Source: Dehalococcoidia bacterium (GTDB lineage: Bacteria; Chloroflexota; Dehalococcoidia; Plut-88900). From it: 64,000 nucleotides of DNA. Each line of letters starts with the position of its first letter. The stretch's first letter is position 1. The DNA lies in NCBI GenBank assembly GCA_965207225.1, contig CBDBLV010000005.1, positions 864,001 to 928,000 of the forward strand, read 5' to 3'. The notes below the pieces were generated by a model. The model ran no database searches. It worked only from the letters and a program-made list of their open reading frames with translations, and was not told where the DNA came from. Below, in pieces: positions 38,848 through 47,760 of this stretch. A program made the translations under genes and the position numbers.

Positions 38848-40158
38848 CTAGGTGGAGAAGACGGTGGGCGATGCCACCTCGGTCTCGAGGGCTTCGAGGG
38901 CCTTCTTCAGCATGTCCTTTCGCAGCTCCTTTTCGCCTTCGTAGGACTGGCTCGGGTCTCCGACTGGATGTGGTATCGCCTTGCCCTTGACGATTCGGCT
39001 GGCCCCGACTCCTTCGGCAAGGTTGAACAAGGTTGTTACAAGGGCGGTCGGGAGTTCGGCCCTCTCCAGCTCCTTCTGAAGCGTAGCGCCGCTACGCGTG
39101 CCCGTGCCTCAGGTTGCTGTCAGGATCACCCCTTGAACCCCCGCCGACGAAAGCTCTGCGGCAATCTCCTGCCCGAACTGCTTGAAGCTGGCTATGGGGC
39201 CCATGTTGCCGGTCGTGCTGTAGACGTAATCGTGGAGTTTGCCGATGTCTCCTTCTTTTTCCATTTCCCGTGCGGCGTCCAGCGGCACCATGCGGTTGGG
39301 CTCCGCACTGGCAGCCGTGGTGTCGAAGCCGCCGTGGATACTCTGGAACTTGTCGGGGGTCATCTCCGGTTCTTCGGCGGTGTCGAACCTGACCCACTTG
39401 GTGGCCCACCCCGACTCCAGTTTTTCGGGGTTGCCCCGGTGTACGATGCCGCCTTCGGTGACGATGGCTATGGTGGAGTCGGAAGCGCTGGCCAGGGCCT
39501 GGGCAGGCGGGACCTGCTCGTACTTGGGAAGAGGCCATTCCGTTTTGGGGTCCTCGCCTCTGAGCTTGCGCATGAGCATGTCGACAGCCCGCTCGGCGGC
39601 CGTCTTGTCTGAAAAGCGGTTAACTCGGCGTCCCGTGGGGAGGTAGCCTTCCTCCATAGCTGGGCCCAATTCTTCCTTGTTCACCAGCTTGGATGCGAGG
39701 CTTGCTATGGTGGACATGGCTTCGGCCATTCCTGCAGCCGAGTCCTTGGTGGATGCCATCAGGACCTTGCCCTTAAAGGTCTCGGCGGCGGGGCTGTCCT
39801 TGTGGACACCGGTGAGAGCGGGGATATCAAGGCTTTCCTTGACCGCCTGGCAGACCTGCCCGCAGGCCAGGCCGTATCGACCTGAGCCGAAACCCGGGCC
39901 CGCAATTACGATGTCGGGCTTGAACTGGGAGATGAGCTCGACGACTTCCTGGGTCGTCTGCTCCGAGTTCTCGGAGATGTAGTTGTCGCCGCAGTAGACG
40001 GTGCCTATGACTTCCCCGGCACCACTGAGGGCATTGTTAAGGGCCATGCCTGGGCCGACGGCGCCTTCTTGCGCGCCGGGGCCGATGTCGGCCTTCTCCT
40101 CGCCGCCAACTCCGGCAAAGAACTGGTTCAGGTAGTGGACAACCTTGAATTTCGCCAT
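38848..40158 (-). CDS. grdB: Glycine/sarcosine/betaine reductase-like selenoprotein B (Sec at codon 350)
   Basis: VHYLNQFFAG, GRYGLACG, IHGGFD, ILTAT-UGA(39109-39111)-GTGTRSGAT; frame continues to IPHPVGDP and TAG at 38848. Confidence 0.93.
39081..39097 (-). promoter_or_regulatory. Candidate SECIS hairpin of grdB
   Basis: GCGTAGC-GGC-GCTACGC stem starting 11 nt after the UGA. Confidence 0.75.
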
Positions 40159-40241
40159 TTTCCTCTCCCTCTTCACGCTCGCCCAACTGCTGTTGCAAGA
40201 CTCGGATTTCGGCTCGCATTATACACGACAGGCCCGTGCAG

Positions 40242-41261
40242 CTAGTCCGGGAATGCGGGCATTACGTGCTCGGCGAATAGGCGCATGGATTCCAGCACCT
40301 CCTCGTGTGTCCCGCCAAAGCTCATGTTGGCGCAGACGTACTTGATGCCCAGGTCTCGGTATTGCTCGACCTTTTCGATGGCCTCGTCGGGCGTACCGCT
40401 TATGACGTTGTCGAAGACCTCCCAGGGTTCGTAGGGGACGTTCTGGGGTTCGATCATGCCTTCTTTGACAACACTGGGCCCCGTGTAGACGGTGACGAAC
40501 TGCTGGTGGTTGTAGTGCAGGTGGTTCGCCTGCCGTTCCAGGACATCCCTGTTCTCGGATACGAAGGTGTTGCGAAGAATCAGGAGAGGGCATTCCTCCT
40601 CCGTCTTGCCATACTCATCGAGGGCATCTGAGTAGACCTCGTAGGTGTCCTCGAGAGCTTCAAACCCGCTGCGCAGAGGCGTGTTCATCAGCTTGTAGCC
40701 GTGGGAGACCGCGTACTGTACCGAGAGGTCAGACTGGCCCGACATCCAGATCGGAGGGTGAGGATCTTGGAGGGGCCGGGGGAGAACAGTGGTCTCCGGG
40801 AACTGCCAGAAGTCCCCCTCGTAAGAGAAATCATCCTTGGATGTCCAGGCCTTTATCATGATGTCCAGGCATTCATTGAACATGGCCCGGTTCTGGTCTC
40901 GGGGAATCTGCAGCCGTTCAAACTCATGCACGAATGCCCCCCGCCCGAGCCCAATCTCCAGCCGGCCCTCCGACAGCACGTCGGCAAAAGCAATGTCCTG
41001 CGCAAGCCTGAGGGGGTGATAGAGTGGTATCGGAATCACCGCCGACATAACCCGCAGCTTAACCAGCTGCGAGACCCTGACCGCGAACATCAGGAGGTTC
41101 GGGACAGCCAGGTAGTTCATAAAATAGTGTTCAGGAATAACGACGGCGTCGTAGCCAAGTTGCTCTGCGTACTGGGCCTGGTATTCGGCTTCCTTGTAGA
41201 GCTCGGCAGCAGGCTTGGCTTTATCCGTGTAGTAGCAGGGTAGGTAGTAGCTGAATTTCAT
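40242..41261 (-). CDS. LLM-class flavin-dependent oxidoreductase
   Basis: PEHYF, HPLRLAQD, GRLEIGLGRG, PRPLQDPHPPIW. Confidence 0.93.
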   Translation of the reverse strand: MKFSYYLPCYYTDKAKPAAELYKEAEYQAQYAEQLGYDAVVIPEHYFMNYLAVPNLLMFAVRVSQLVKLRVMSAVIPIPLYHPLRLAQDIAFADVLSEGRLEIGLGRGAFVHEFERLQIPRDQNRAMFNECLDIMIKAWTSKDDFSYEGDFWQFPETTVLPRPLQDPHPPIWMSGQSDLSVQYAVSHGYKLMNTPLRSGFEALEDTYEVYSDALDEYGKTEEECPLLILRNTFVSENRDVLERQANHLHYNHQQFVTVYTGPSVVKEGMIEPQNVPYEPWEVFDNVISGTPDEAIEKVEQYRDLGIKYVCANMSFGGTHEEVLESMRLFAEHVMPAFPD

Positions 41262-41286
41262 GGGTGAGTTTGCTTTTCCAGGTTCT

Positions 41287-41709
41287 TTAGATTAGTTTTC
41301 CGTCTTCATCGTAGACGCTTCGGTCGCCGCCCGGGGCCCAGCTGAATATCAGGGCAAGCAAGGGCTCTTCGCTGGTGATTTTCATGGCATGGGAGGTAAA
41401 GGAGTCGCCATAGATAATGGTCCCCGGCTCACACACGAACGAGTCTTCACCCCAGGTGCAGTCGGCGGTGCCCTGGATTATGTAGTATGCCTCGGGCCAG
41501 GCGTGGGTGTGGGCGGCGTAGTCGGTGCCGGGGTCAATCTGCAGGACGCCGGCGTGGGCGTCTTCAGTCTTCAGGTGGGCATTGGGCCCGATAAGTGACT
41601 TCTGCTTAAAGGTGTCCAAAAGAGACTGGGGATAGTTGCCATATGGTTTCATTTCACCCAGCTCGTAGTTATTGATGTGGTTGGGCCCATATTCTTCTCT
41701 GCCTGCCAT
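41287..41709 (-). CDS. Cupin protein, DMSP-lyase (DddQ/DddW)-like
   Basis: LIGP..G..IDPGTDYAAHTHAWPEAYYIIQG..HAMKITSEEPLLAL..W. Confidence 0.75.
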   Translation of the reverse strand: MAGREEYGPNHINNYELGEMKPYGNYPQSLLDTFKQKSLIGPNAHLKTEDAHAGVLQIDPGTDYAAHTHAWPEAYYIIQGTADCTWGEDSFVCEPGTIIYGDSFTSHAMKITSEEPLLALIFSWAPGGDRSVYDEDGKLI

Positions 41710-41719
41710 TGTGAGCCTC

Positions 41720-43363
41720 CTATCCAGCATCTCTGTTATAGACTTGCTTGCCGTCTACCCACGTCTGGTCGATGCGGATGTCCTTCAACTCTTCCTCCGG
41801 CGCCGTCAGGGGGTCCCGCTCCAGCACCACCAGGTCGCCGAGCTTGCCCACTTCTATGGACCCCTTTACCTGTTCCTGGAATTCAGAGTAGGCGGAATTC
41901 CACGTGTATATCCGTATGGCCTCTGCCACCGACACCTTTTCCTCGGGTTCCAGGAGGTCGCCGGAGTAGGTCCGACGGTTGACCATACACCAGAGTCCGA
42001 ACATGGGGTTGACGAGCCAGGGGTCTGTGCCCGTGCAGTCGGAACTGCCGGGCACATTAAAACCGGCGTCCAGCAGCGTCCTGAAGCGGAAGGACGGATG
42101 ACTTCTCTCAGGCCCGAGATACGGTGCCACGAACTCAGCAACGCTGTAGATGAACGCTGGATTGGGGCACGGGAGTATCTTGGCGCTGGCAAGTCTAGAA
42201 ATAGTCAAATCATCCCGGAGCAGTACATTGCCCACATGCTCCGCCCGATGCCTGAGAGACGTGTCGTCTCCCACGCCCGCGGGGATGCCGAATACGGTCT
42301 CGAAAACGTCGATCAACTGCTTGATTGCGCGGTCTCCGTTGGTATGCATGCGGAGTTGAAGCCCGGCCCTGTGCACCTTACGGACTATCCTGCGGAGCTC
42401 CCGGTCGTCATATCCGAGCTTGCCCGTGATGTCGGGGTGGCCTTCATAGGGGTCCACGAGGGCTGCGGCCCTGGCCGAGAACCCGCCATCGTTGAACAGC
42501 TTCACCCCCCCGAGCCTGAACCACTCATCATCAAACTCAATCCCTCCTATATCCCCTTCGAGCACTTTGTCGAGGGACAGGGTGCCGGGCACGTGGATGT
42601 AGACGCTTAACCGCAGGGGCATTTCGCCGGAGTCGATTAGTTCCCTCATCGCCGTCAGGCCCGACACCGTCTCAGACTTCTCCTGCACATTAGTGACGCC
42701 GTTTGCGAGGAATCGCTCGTGGCCCGTGCGCCGGATAGCGTCCTTAACCGTATCGTAGTCAGGCATGGGGACTGGTAGGCGGTGGTACATGTCCTTCATG
42801 CGACCTGTCGGCTGCCCGGAGGCGTCCCGCTCGATAATCCCGCCCTGGGGATCGGGGGTGTCGGCGGTAATGCCGGCAATCTCGAGGACCTTGGAGTTAA
42901 CCACCACCATGTGATAGCTGGTCTTGAAGAGTATGGGATGTTCGACGCTGACGCGGTCCAGATCGTGACGGTCGGGGTAGCGCTTCTCTCTAAGGCGCAT
43001 GTCCTGGAACAGGCTGCCTTGAGCGATAATCCACTCTCCTCTGGGGGTGGCTGCCGCGTGCTCACGCAGGGTGTCCAGAATGTCGTCGATGCTTTCGTGC
43101 GGCGGCGTGTGGCAACTCACCGCAAGCGCTAGCCCCAAACTCGTAAGTTCCAGGTGCGTGTGGGCGTCGTTGAAACCGGGTAGAAGAGCCCGACCGGCCA
43201 GGTCGACTACCCGTGTCCCTTCTCCCTTCGCCCGCAACACCTCGGCCTCAGGCCCTACAACGGAGATCTTGTTACCGTTGATTGCAACGGCCTCTGCTAC
43301 CGTATCCCGCGCATCGACGGTTATCACCTTGCCGTTGTGAAATATGACGTCAGCTTGAGGCAT
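41720..43363 (-). CDS. Amidohydrolase_3 (YtcJ-like) family protein
   Basis: PGFNDAHTH, KLFNDG, HTNGD, HRAEH, GSSD, GSIEVGKLGD. Confidence 0.93.
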   Translation of the reverse strand: MPQADVIFHNGKVITVDARDTVAEAVAINGNKISVVGPEAEVLRAKGEGTRVVDLAGRALLPGFNDAHTHLELTSLGLALAVSCHTPPHESIDDILDTLREHAAATPRGEWIIAQGSLFQDMRLREKRYPDRHDLDRVSVEHPILFKTSYHMVVVNSKVLEIAGITADTPDPQGGIIERDASGQPTGRMKDMYHRLPVPMPDYDTVKDAIRRTGHERFLANGVTNVQEKSETVSGLTAMRELIDSGEMPLRLSVYIHVPGTLSLDKVLEGDIGGIEFDDEWFRLGGVKLFNDGGFSARAAALVDPYEGHPDITGKLGYDDRELRRIVRKVHRAGLQLRMHTNGDRAIKQLIDVFETVFGIPAGVGDDTSLRHRAEHVGNVLLRDDLTISRLASAKILPCPNPAFIYSVAEFVAPYLGPERSHPSFRFRTLLDAGFNVPGSSDCTGTDPWLVNPMFGLWCMVNRRTYSGDLLEPEEKVSVAEAIRIYTWNSAYSEFQEQVKGSIEVGKLGDLVVLERDPLTAPEEELKDIRIDQTWVDGKQVYNRDAG

Positions 43364-43500
43364 GTCGGAAGCCGGCTGGAGAGGGGGCCAGAAGCGGCCC
43401 AAAACATACCTTTACCCGGCTTCGGTGTCAATTGGGAGGAGGCATGTTTTACATAGGGGGGTGATAAACTGACTGATGGCATTCAAGACAGGTGAATCAG

Positions 43501-43752
43501 GTGGCTCTCAACATCAAGAACGAAAAGACCTATCGACTGGCTCGTGAATTAGCCGAATTGACTGGGGAGACGATGACTGAGGCAGTCACAATAGCTTTGA
43601 AAGAACGGTTGGAGCGAAGGCGGGAGGTAGAAGAACGACTCAGGAAGATGCGCGCTATTTCAAAACGATGTGCCGCTATGATACGTAATGACTGGCCTTC
43701 CGCCGTGGAGCACGGTGATTATCTCTACGACGAGCGGGGGTTGCCGAAGTAA
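43501..43752 (+). CDS. vapB: VapB-family antitoxin (Rv0623-like), no adjacent toxin
   Basis: ALNIKNE..LARELAELTGETMTEAV..LYDERGLPK. Confidence 0.88.
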   Translation: MALNIKNEKTYRLARELAELTGETMTEAVTIALKERLERRREVEERLRKMRAISKRCAAMIRNDWPSAVEHGDYLYDERGLPK

Positions 43753-43845
43753 TAGAGTTGCATTAGAGAGCTAAGAAAGGACTTCCCATTCCTCTATATC
43801 TGAGTCAACGTCCCTTCTAAAGGATATCTACTCCCCCTCCCACCC

Positions 43846-44244
43846 CTAACCCCCCACCCGACCCCTCACCTCGCATTCCATGCACTCGTCCATCACCACC
43901 ATCAAACCCGCGGCCCTGGCCGCCGCCGCCCCTTCCTCGCTCACAACCCCCTTCTGCATCCACACGGCCTTTGCGCCTATTTTGATAGCGTCGTCGACTA
44001 TCGCCGGTACCTCCTCAGCGCGTCTAAAGATATCGACCACATCCACGGGATCTGGAACCGAGCGTAGGTCGGGGTAGCACTTTTCGCTCAGGATCTCTGT
44101 GGCTGAGGGGTTCACGGGGATGATGCGATACCCCATTTCTTGCAGATAGGCCGCAACCCCATTGCTGTCCCTCTCCGGTCGCGGGGACAGGCCCACCACC
44201 GCCACGGTCTTGCATGTTTCCAGAATTCTGTCGATATCGCTCAT
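43846..44244 (-). CDS. CoA-binding protein (YccU-like)
   Basis: AVVGLS, IIPVNP, VDIFR, VWMQ. Confidence 0.92.
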   Translation of the reverse strand: MSDIDRILETCKTVAVVGLSPRPERDSNGVAAYLQEMGYRIIPVNPSATEILSEKCYPDLRSVPDPVDVVDIFRRAEEVPAIVDDAIKIGAKAVWMQKGVVSEEGAAAARAAGLMVVMDECMECEVRGRVGG

Positions 44245-44312
44245 GTCGTGCCTCCCGGTGATTTCTCAGATGCATTCGAAGGCGACTATATCACGCAGGG
44301 TCTGAGGGTAGC

Positions 44313-45542
44313 CTATGCCGATACCTGATCCTCGGTTGCACGAGAGCCCATCATAGGCTTGAGGAGCAGAGCCGAGACCACGAGAGTCAGTGAGAAGAAG
44401 GTAGTAACAAACAGCGCGGACCGCAGGTCTCCGGTCGCCTGCTGAATCCCCCCTACCACAAGGGGCCCCAGCCCCGCGCCTGCGTTCATTACGGTGTAGA
44501 TAAAAGCGAGCCCCACGGCCACCTCCCGCGGTCGGATGCCGGGAAGCTGATAAGCCATGGTAACGATGACCGGAAAGTAGCAGATGGAAAATCCGCGGAA
44601 GACGTTGATGAGAACCACCAGGATTTCTGAGTCGGTGAACAGCAGCGCCATGTGGGTGACCATGGTCACTATTCCTGTCACTGCCATCACCGTTAGCTGC
44701 CTGCTCTGAAGAAACGACAGTGAGACCACAAACAGCTCAGCGGGGGCGGCGGCGAACATGTACATTGCAAGCCCAAGCCCGACAATGCGGGGATCGACTC
44801 CAAATTCCTGCTGCGCCAGGGTCGGCCAGAACACGTTGAAAGCGCTCTCAAGGGCCAGACCCCCCGCCATCCCTACACCCAATAGCCAGAGTTGCTTGTA
44901 TTTGAATATGCTGGCCAGAGGCGATCCTCTCTGGGACCGGAACCGCTCCACGTATTCCGGCGTCTGCCGTTCTCCGCCCAGCGTTATCCAGCTGAGCGCG
45001 CTGAGCAAGGCAAGACCCGACCACAAGTACATGGTGTTCCGCCATCCACCGAGCCAGTCGATAAGAAACGGCGTCATGAGCAGCGCGAGGCCGTTAATGA
45101 TGTCGCTTCCGGAAATCATCAGGCCGTTGGTCCGGGCGACCTGCCTGGGAGTCGACCATTGCTGGATCAGCAGGGCGGTGGCAGCTTCAGTCTGGGAATA
45201 GGCCATGGACATGGCGAGCCTGCCCAGTAGAAGGAGAAGGAAGCTCGGGGCCCAACCCTGCATGAAAGTGAACCCCGAGACAACGATTAAGCCTAGGCCC
45301 GCCATCCTCCAGGGTCGGAACCGCGACGCAATCCATGCCGTGGGTATGTTGAGGAATAGCACTGCCAGGGTCGCCGATGCACCCAGTACACCCTGCTGCA
45401 GGGGCGACAGGCCCAGATCGGCGGTCATGTCGGGCAGCATCAGCCCAATGGTCATGATGATGGAGATGCTGATGGCGTGGCCCGAGGTCAGGGACCCGAT
45501 GACGAGCCAGCGCCGCCCGGTGGGTGGAGCGTTCTGTATCAA
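44313..45542 (-). CDS. MFS transporter
   Basis: About 12 hydrophobic segments; LLLLGR, GWR motifs. Confidence 0.88.
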   Translation of the reverse strand: MIQNAPPTGRRWLVIGSLTSGHAISISIIMTIGLMLPDMTADLGLSPLQQGVLGASATLAVLFLNIPTAWIASRFRPWRMAGLGLIVVSGFTFMQGWAPSFLLLLLGRLAMSMAYSQTEAATALLIQQWSTPRQVARTNGLMISGSDIINGLALLMTPFLIDWLGGWRNTMYLWSGLALLSALSWITLGGERQTPEYVERFRSQRGSPLASIFKYKQLWLLGVGMAGGLALESAFNVFWPTLAQQEFGVDPRIVGLGLAMYMFAAAPAELFVVSLSFLQSRQLTVMAVTGIVTMVTHMALLFTDSEILVVLINVFRGFSICYFPVIVTMAYQLPGIRPREVAVGLAFIYTVMNAGAGLGPLVVGGIQQATGDLRSALFVTTFFSLTLVVSALLLKPMMGSRATEDQVSA

Positions 45543-45680
45543 GGATGTCTTGCCAAAGGGGATTAATACCGACTTCTTGACGATTCGGACGAGGGTAACT
45601 CTGCGAGCGGAAGAGCCTGCGCGAAAAGCAGGCCCAGGAGGCCCGGTTGTCAGAACACGGGCCGGAACGGTGATTATACG

Positions 45681-46685
45681 CTAGTCTTCCCAGACTTCCC
45701 GCAGCAGCCGCACCCAGTTTCCGCCCAGTATCTTCCTGATGTCGTCCTCGCCGTACCCTCGATTCAAGAGCTCCAGGGCGATGTTGCCGAATCGGTCGGG
45801 GGTCTCCATACCTTTGGGATGAAGCAGGGGAGAGGGGTAGGGCACCGGGCGGGGCTTTATCTTGGTGCCCTGCTGGGAGAACAGCCAGTCGAAGAAGGAG
45901 TTTGACTGGTCCTGCGTGTAGTCCGTTCCTATGGCGACGTGGTCTATGCCGACCCTGTCCACTAGGTCGTCGATCGCGTCCACATAGTCCTGCAGGGTCG
46001 ACTCGAAGCTCTTGGGAAGGAAGGGCGGAAAGGCATTGGCCCCGATGACTCCGCCCTTCTCAGCGATGAGCTTCAGGGCATCATCAGTCTTGTTGCGGAC
46101 GTGATCGAAGAAGGAGCGGGCGTTAGCATGGGTCGCAGACACGGGCTTGTCCGAAAGTTCGGCCGTCTCCAGGGTGGTCCGGTCCCCGACGTGGGACAGG
46201 TCAATAAGAATCCCCAACCTGTTCATCTCCCTCACCGCATCCTCCCCGAAATTGCTCAAGCCCTCGTCGGTGCGCTCCCAGCAGCCGTTGCCCAGCAGGT
46301 TCCTTTCGTTATAGGTGACCTGGATGACCCTCACGCCGAGATCGTGAAAAAGCTCAAGCCTGTCTAGCTTGTTCTCGATGGGAGAAGCGTTCTGGAACCC
46401 GAGAATTATGCCGACGGTTCCGTCTTCCTTGGCCTTGAAGATATCGTCAACCGACTTGACCTGGGAGAGGGTTGCAGGCATTTCTCGGAAACGCCGTTTC
46501 CAACCTGCCACATGGTCCATCGTCTCCTCGAACCCCTCCCAAACGGCGATGGTGGCGTTTATGGCGGTGAGGTTGCCGTTGCTCAGGCTCTGGTAGACCG
46601 CAGGGCTCTCCCAGTTGCTGATATTCAGCCCGTCAATGGCGATGGCATCCTGGTAGATAGACTGGGCGCGTTCCTCAATGCTCAC
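45681..46685 (-). CDS. Membrane dipeptidase (M19) family protein
   Basis: GFQN, QVTYN, IDLSH, THAN, IGTD. Confidence 0.92.
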   Translation of the reverse strand: MSIEERAQSIYQDAIAIDGLNISNWESPAVYQSLSNGNLTAINATIAVWEGFEETMDHVAGWKRRFREMPATLSQVKSVDDIFKAKEDGTVGIILGFQNASPIENKLDRLELFHDLGVRVIQVTYNERNLLGNGCWERTDEGLSNFGEDAVREMNRLGILIDLSHVGDRTTLETAELSDKPVSATHANARSFFDHVRNKTDDALKLIAEKGGVIGANAFPPFLPKSFESTLQDYVDAIDDLVDRVGIDHVAIGTDYTQDQSNSFFDWLFSQQGTKIKPRPVPYPSPLLHPKGMETPDRFGNIALELLNRGYGEDDIRKILGGNWVRLLREVWED

Positions 46686-46789
46686 TTGCCCTCTCCTTAT
46701 TAAGCGGGGTACCGGATCGCGTAGGGCGCTAGTTTACCACTGGCCTGCATGATCTAAGTCGCATGTAAGTTTGCCAAAGCCCCCTTATC

Positions 46790-47275
46790 TCCCATTCCGA
46801 TGCCCTGGGAGGAATCTAGGACTTGCCCACTCACGTCCCTCCCCTCCCGGTAGGGGCAATCCCTTGTGGTTGCCCTGGTGTGGGGCCGCTCGTGCTGAGG
46901 CCCTCGAAGTATGAGCGGGGGGAGGCCCACATCCTGCCGACCCGTCGCATGCCTCCATAGCCAATCACCCCCCTCACTGTCATTCCGAACGGCAGTGAGG
47001 AATCTGGGGAAGGGAGGTGCAGGTCTCCCATCCCACCCGAGCATTCACTACCCCTCTTCCTCCCCCCTCCCCCCTATCTCCGTCATTCCAGACTCCGATC
47101 GGGCATCCATCCCCGGTGTGGGCTGGGCCACTCGTGCTGAGACCCTCTCAAGCATGCCCCGAGTCCCTCGAGGGGTATGAGCGGGGGGCGGCCCACCCCT
47201 TGCCGACCCGTCGCATGCCTCCATAACCAACCACCCTCCTCACTGTCATTCCGATGCCCCGCGAGGGATCTCCAG
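46790..47275. repeat. REP/BIME-like mosaic with an imperfect tandem duplication
   Basis: GTAGGGGC palindrome (~46850); GCTCGTGCTGAG..TATGAGCGG units (~46880, ~47125); TCATTCC-type units x4; TGCCGACCCGTCGCATGCCTCCATA at 46935 and 47201. Confidence 0.8.
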
Positions 47276-47342
47276 CACCCCTCCCTAAGCCCACCCTACT
47301 CATTGCCACTCTCACCCCTTCCTGGCATCCCCCCTTGGTAAC

Positions 47343-47383
47343 GAATTATCGGGAATGCTGCTTGGCAGCATTCCCGATAATTC
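47343..47383. repeat. Perfect 19-bp inverted repeat
   Basis: GAATTATCGGGAATGCTGC-ttg-GCAGCATTCCCGATAATTC. Confidence 0.9.
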
Positions 47384-47508
47384 AATAAAACAGGGCGGGC
47401 GGGTGGGAACCAATTTAATCCGGGGGTAGGTGGAGGGAGGGGGATCAAGGGGGTGAGGGTTACCTTGGGGGACCGGGGGATATTCCCCCCATAAATGTGA
47501 CCTACCCC

Positions 47509-47537
47509 TTGACATGCAAACACTTGAGCCTTATATT
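47509..47537 (+). promoter_or_regulatory. Near-consensus sigma70 promoter in a non-coding region
   Basis: TTGACA, 17 bp, TATATT. Confidence 0.7.
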
Positions 47538-47760
47538 TGTTCTAAGTCTAGACCCTACATCTACCTTAAGGAGGAACCGAAAACCCAGGGGAACAACCCC
47601 GGCGCCCGAGGGGACTCAACGCCCAAGCCCATCCCAATGCCTCTCCCCTCCCGTAGGGGCGACCGGCTGGTCGCCCTCCCTTGTGAGGCGAGCAGGTTGC
47701 GGCACAAGCGAAAGACGCCATCTCCTCCACCCCAGTCCCGACCCTTCCCCTGTCCCCCCA

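Noticed and set aside
36823-40176. grdA and grdB as pseudogenes or split ORFs
   Set aside because: Both stops are UGA at the conserved Sec positions with intact downstream frames
41672-42610. 312-aa plus-strand ORF
   Set aside because: Antisense shadow of the amidohydrolase
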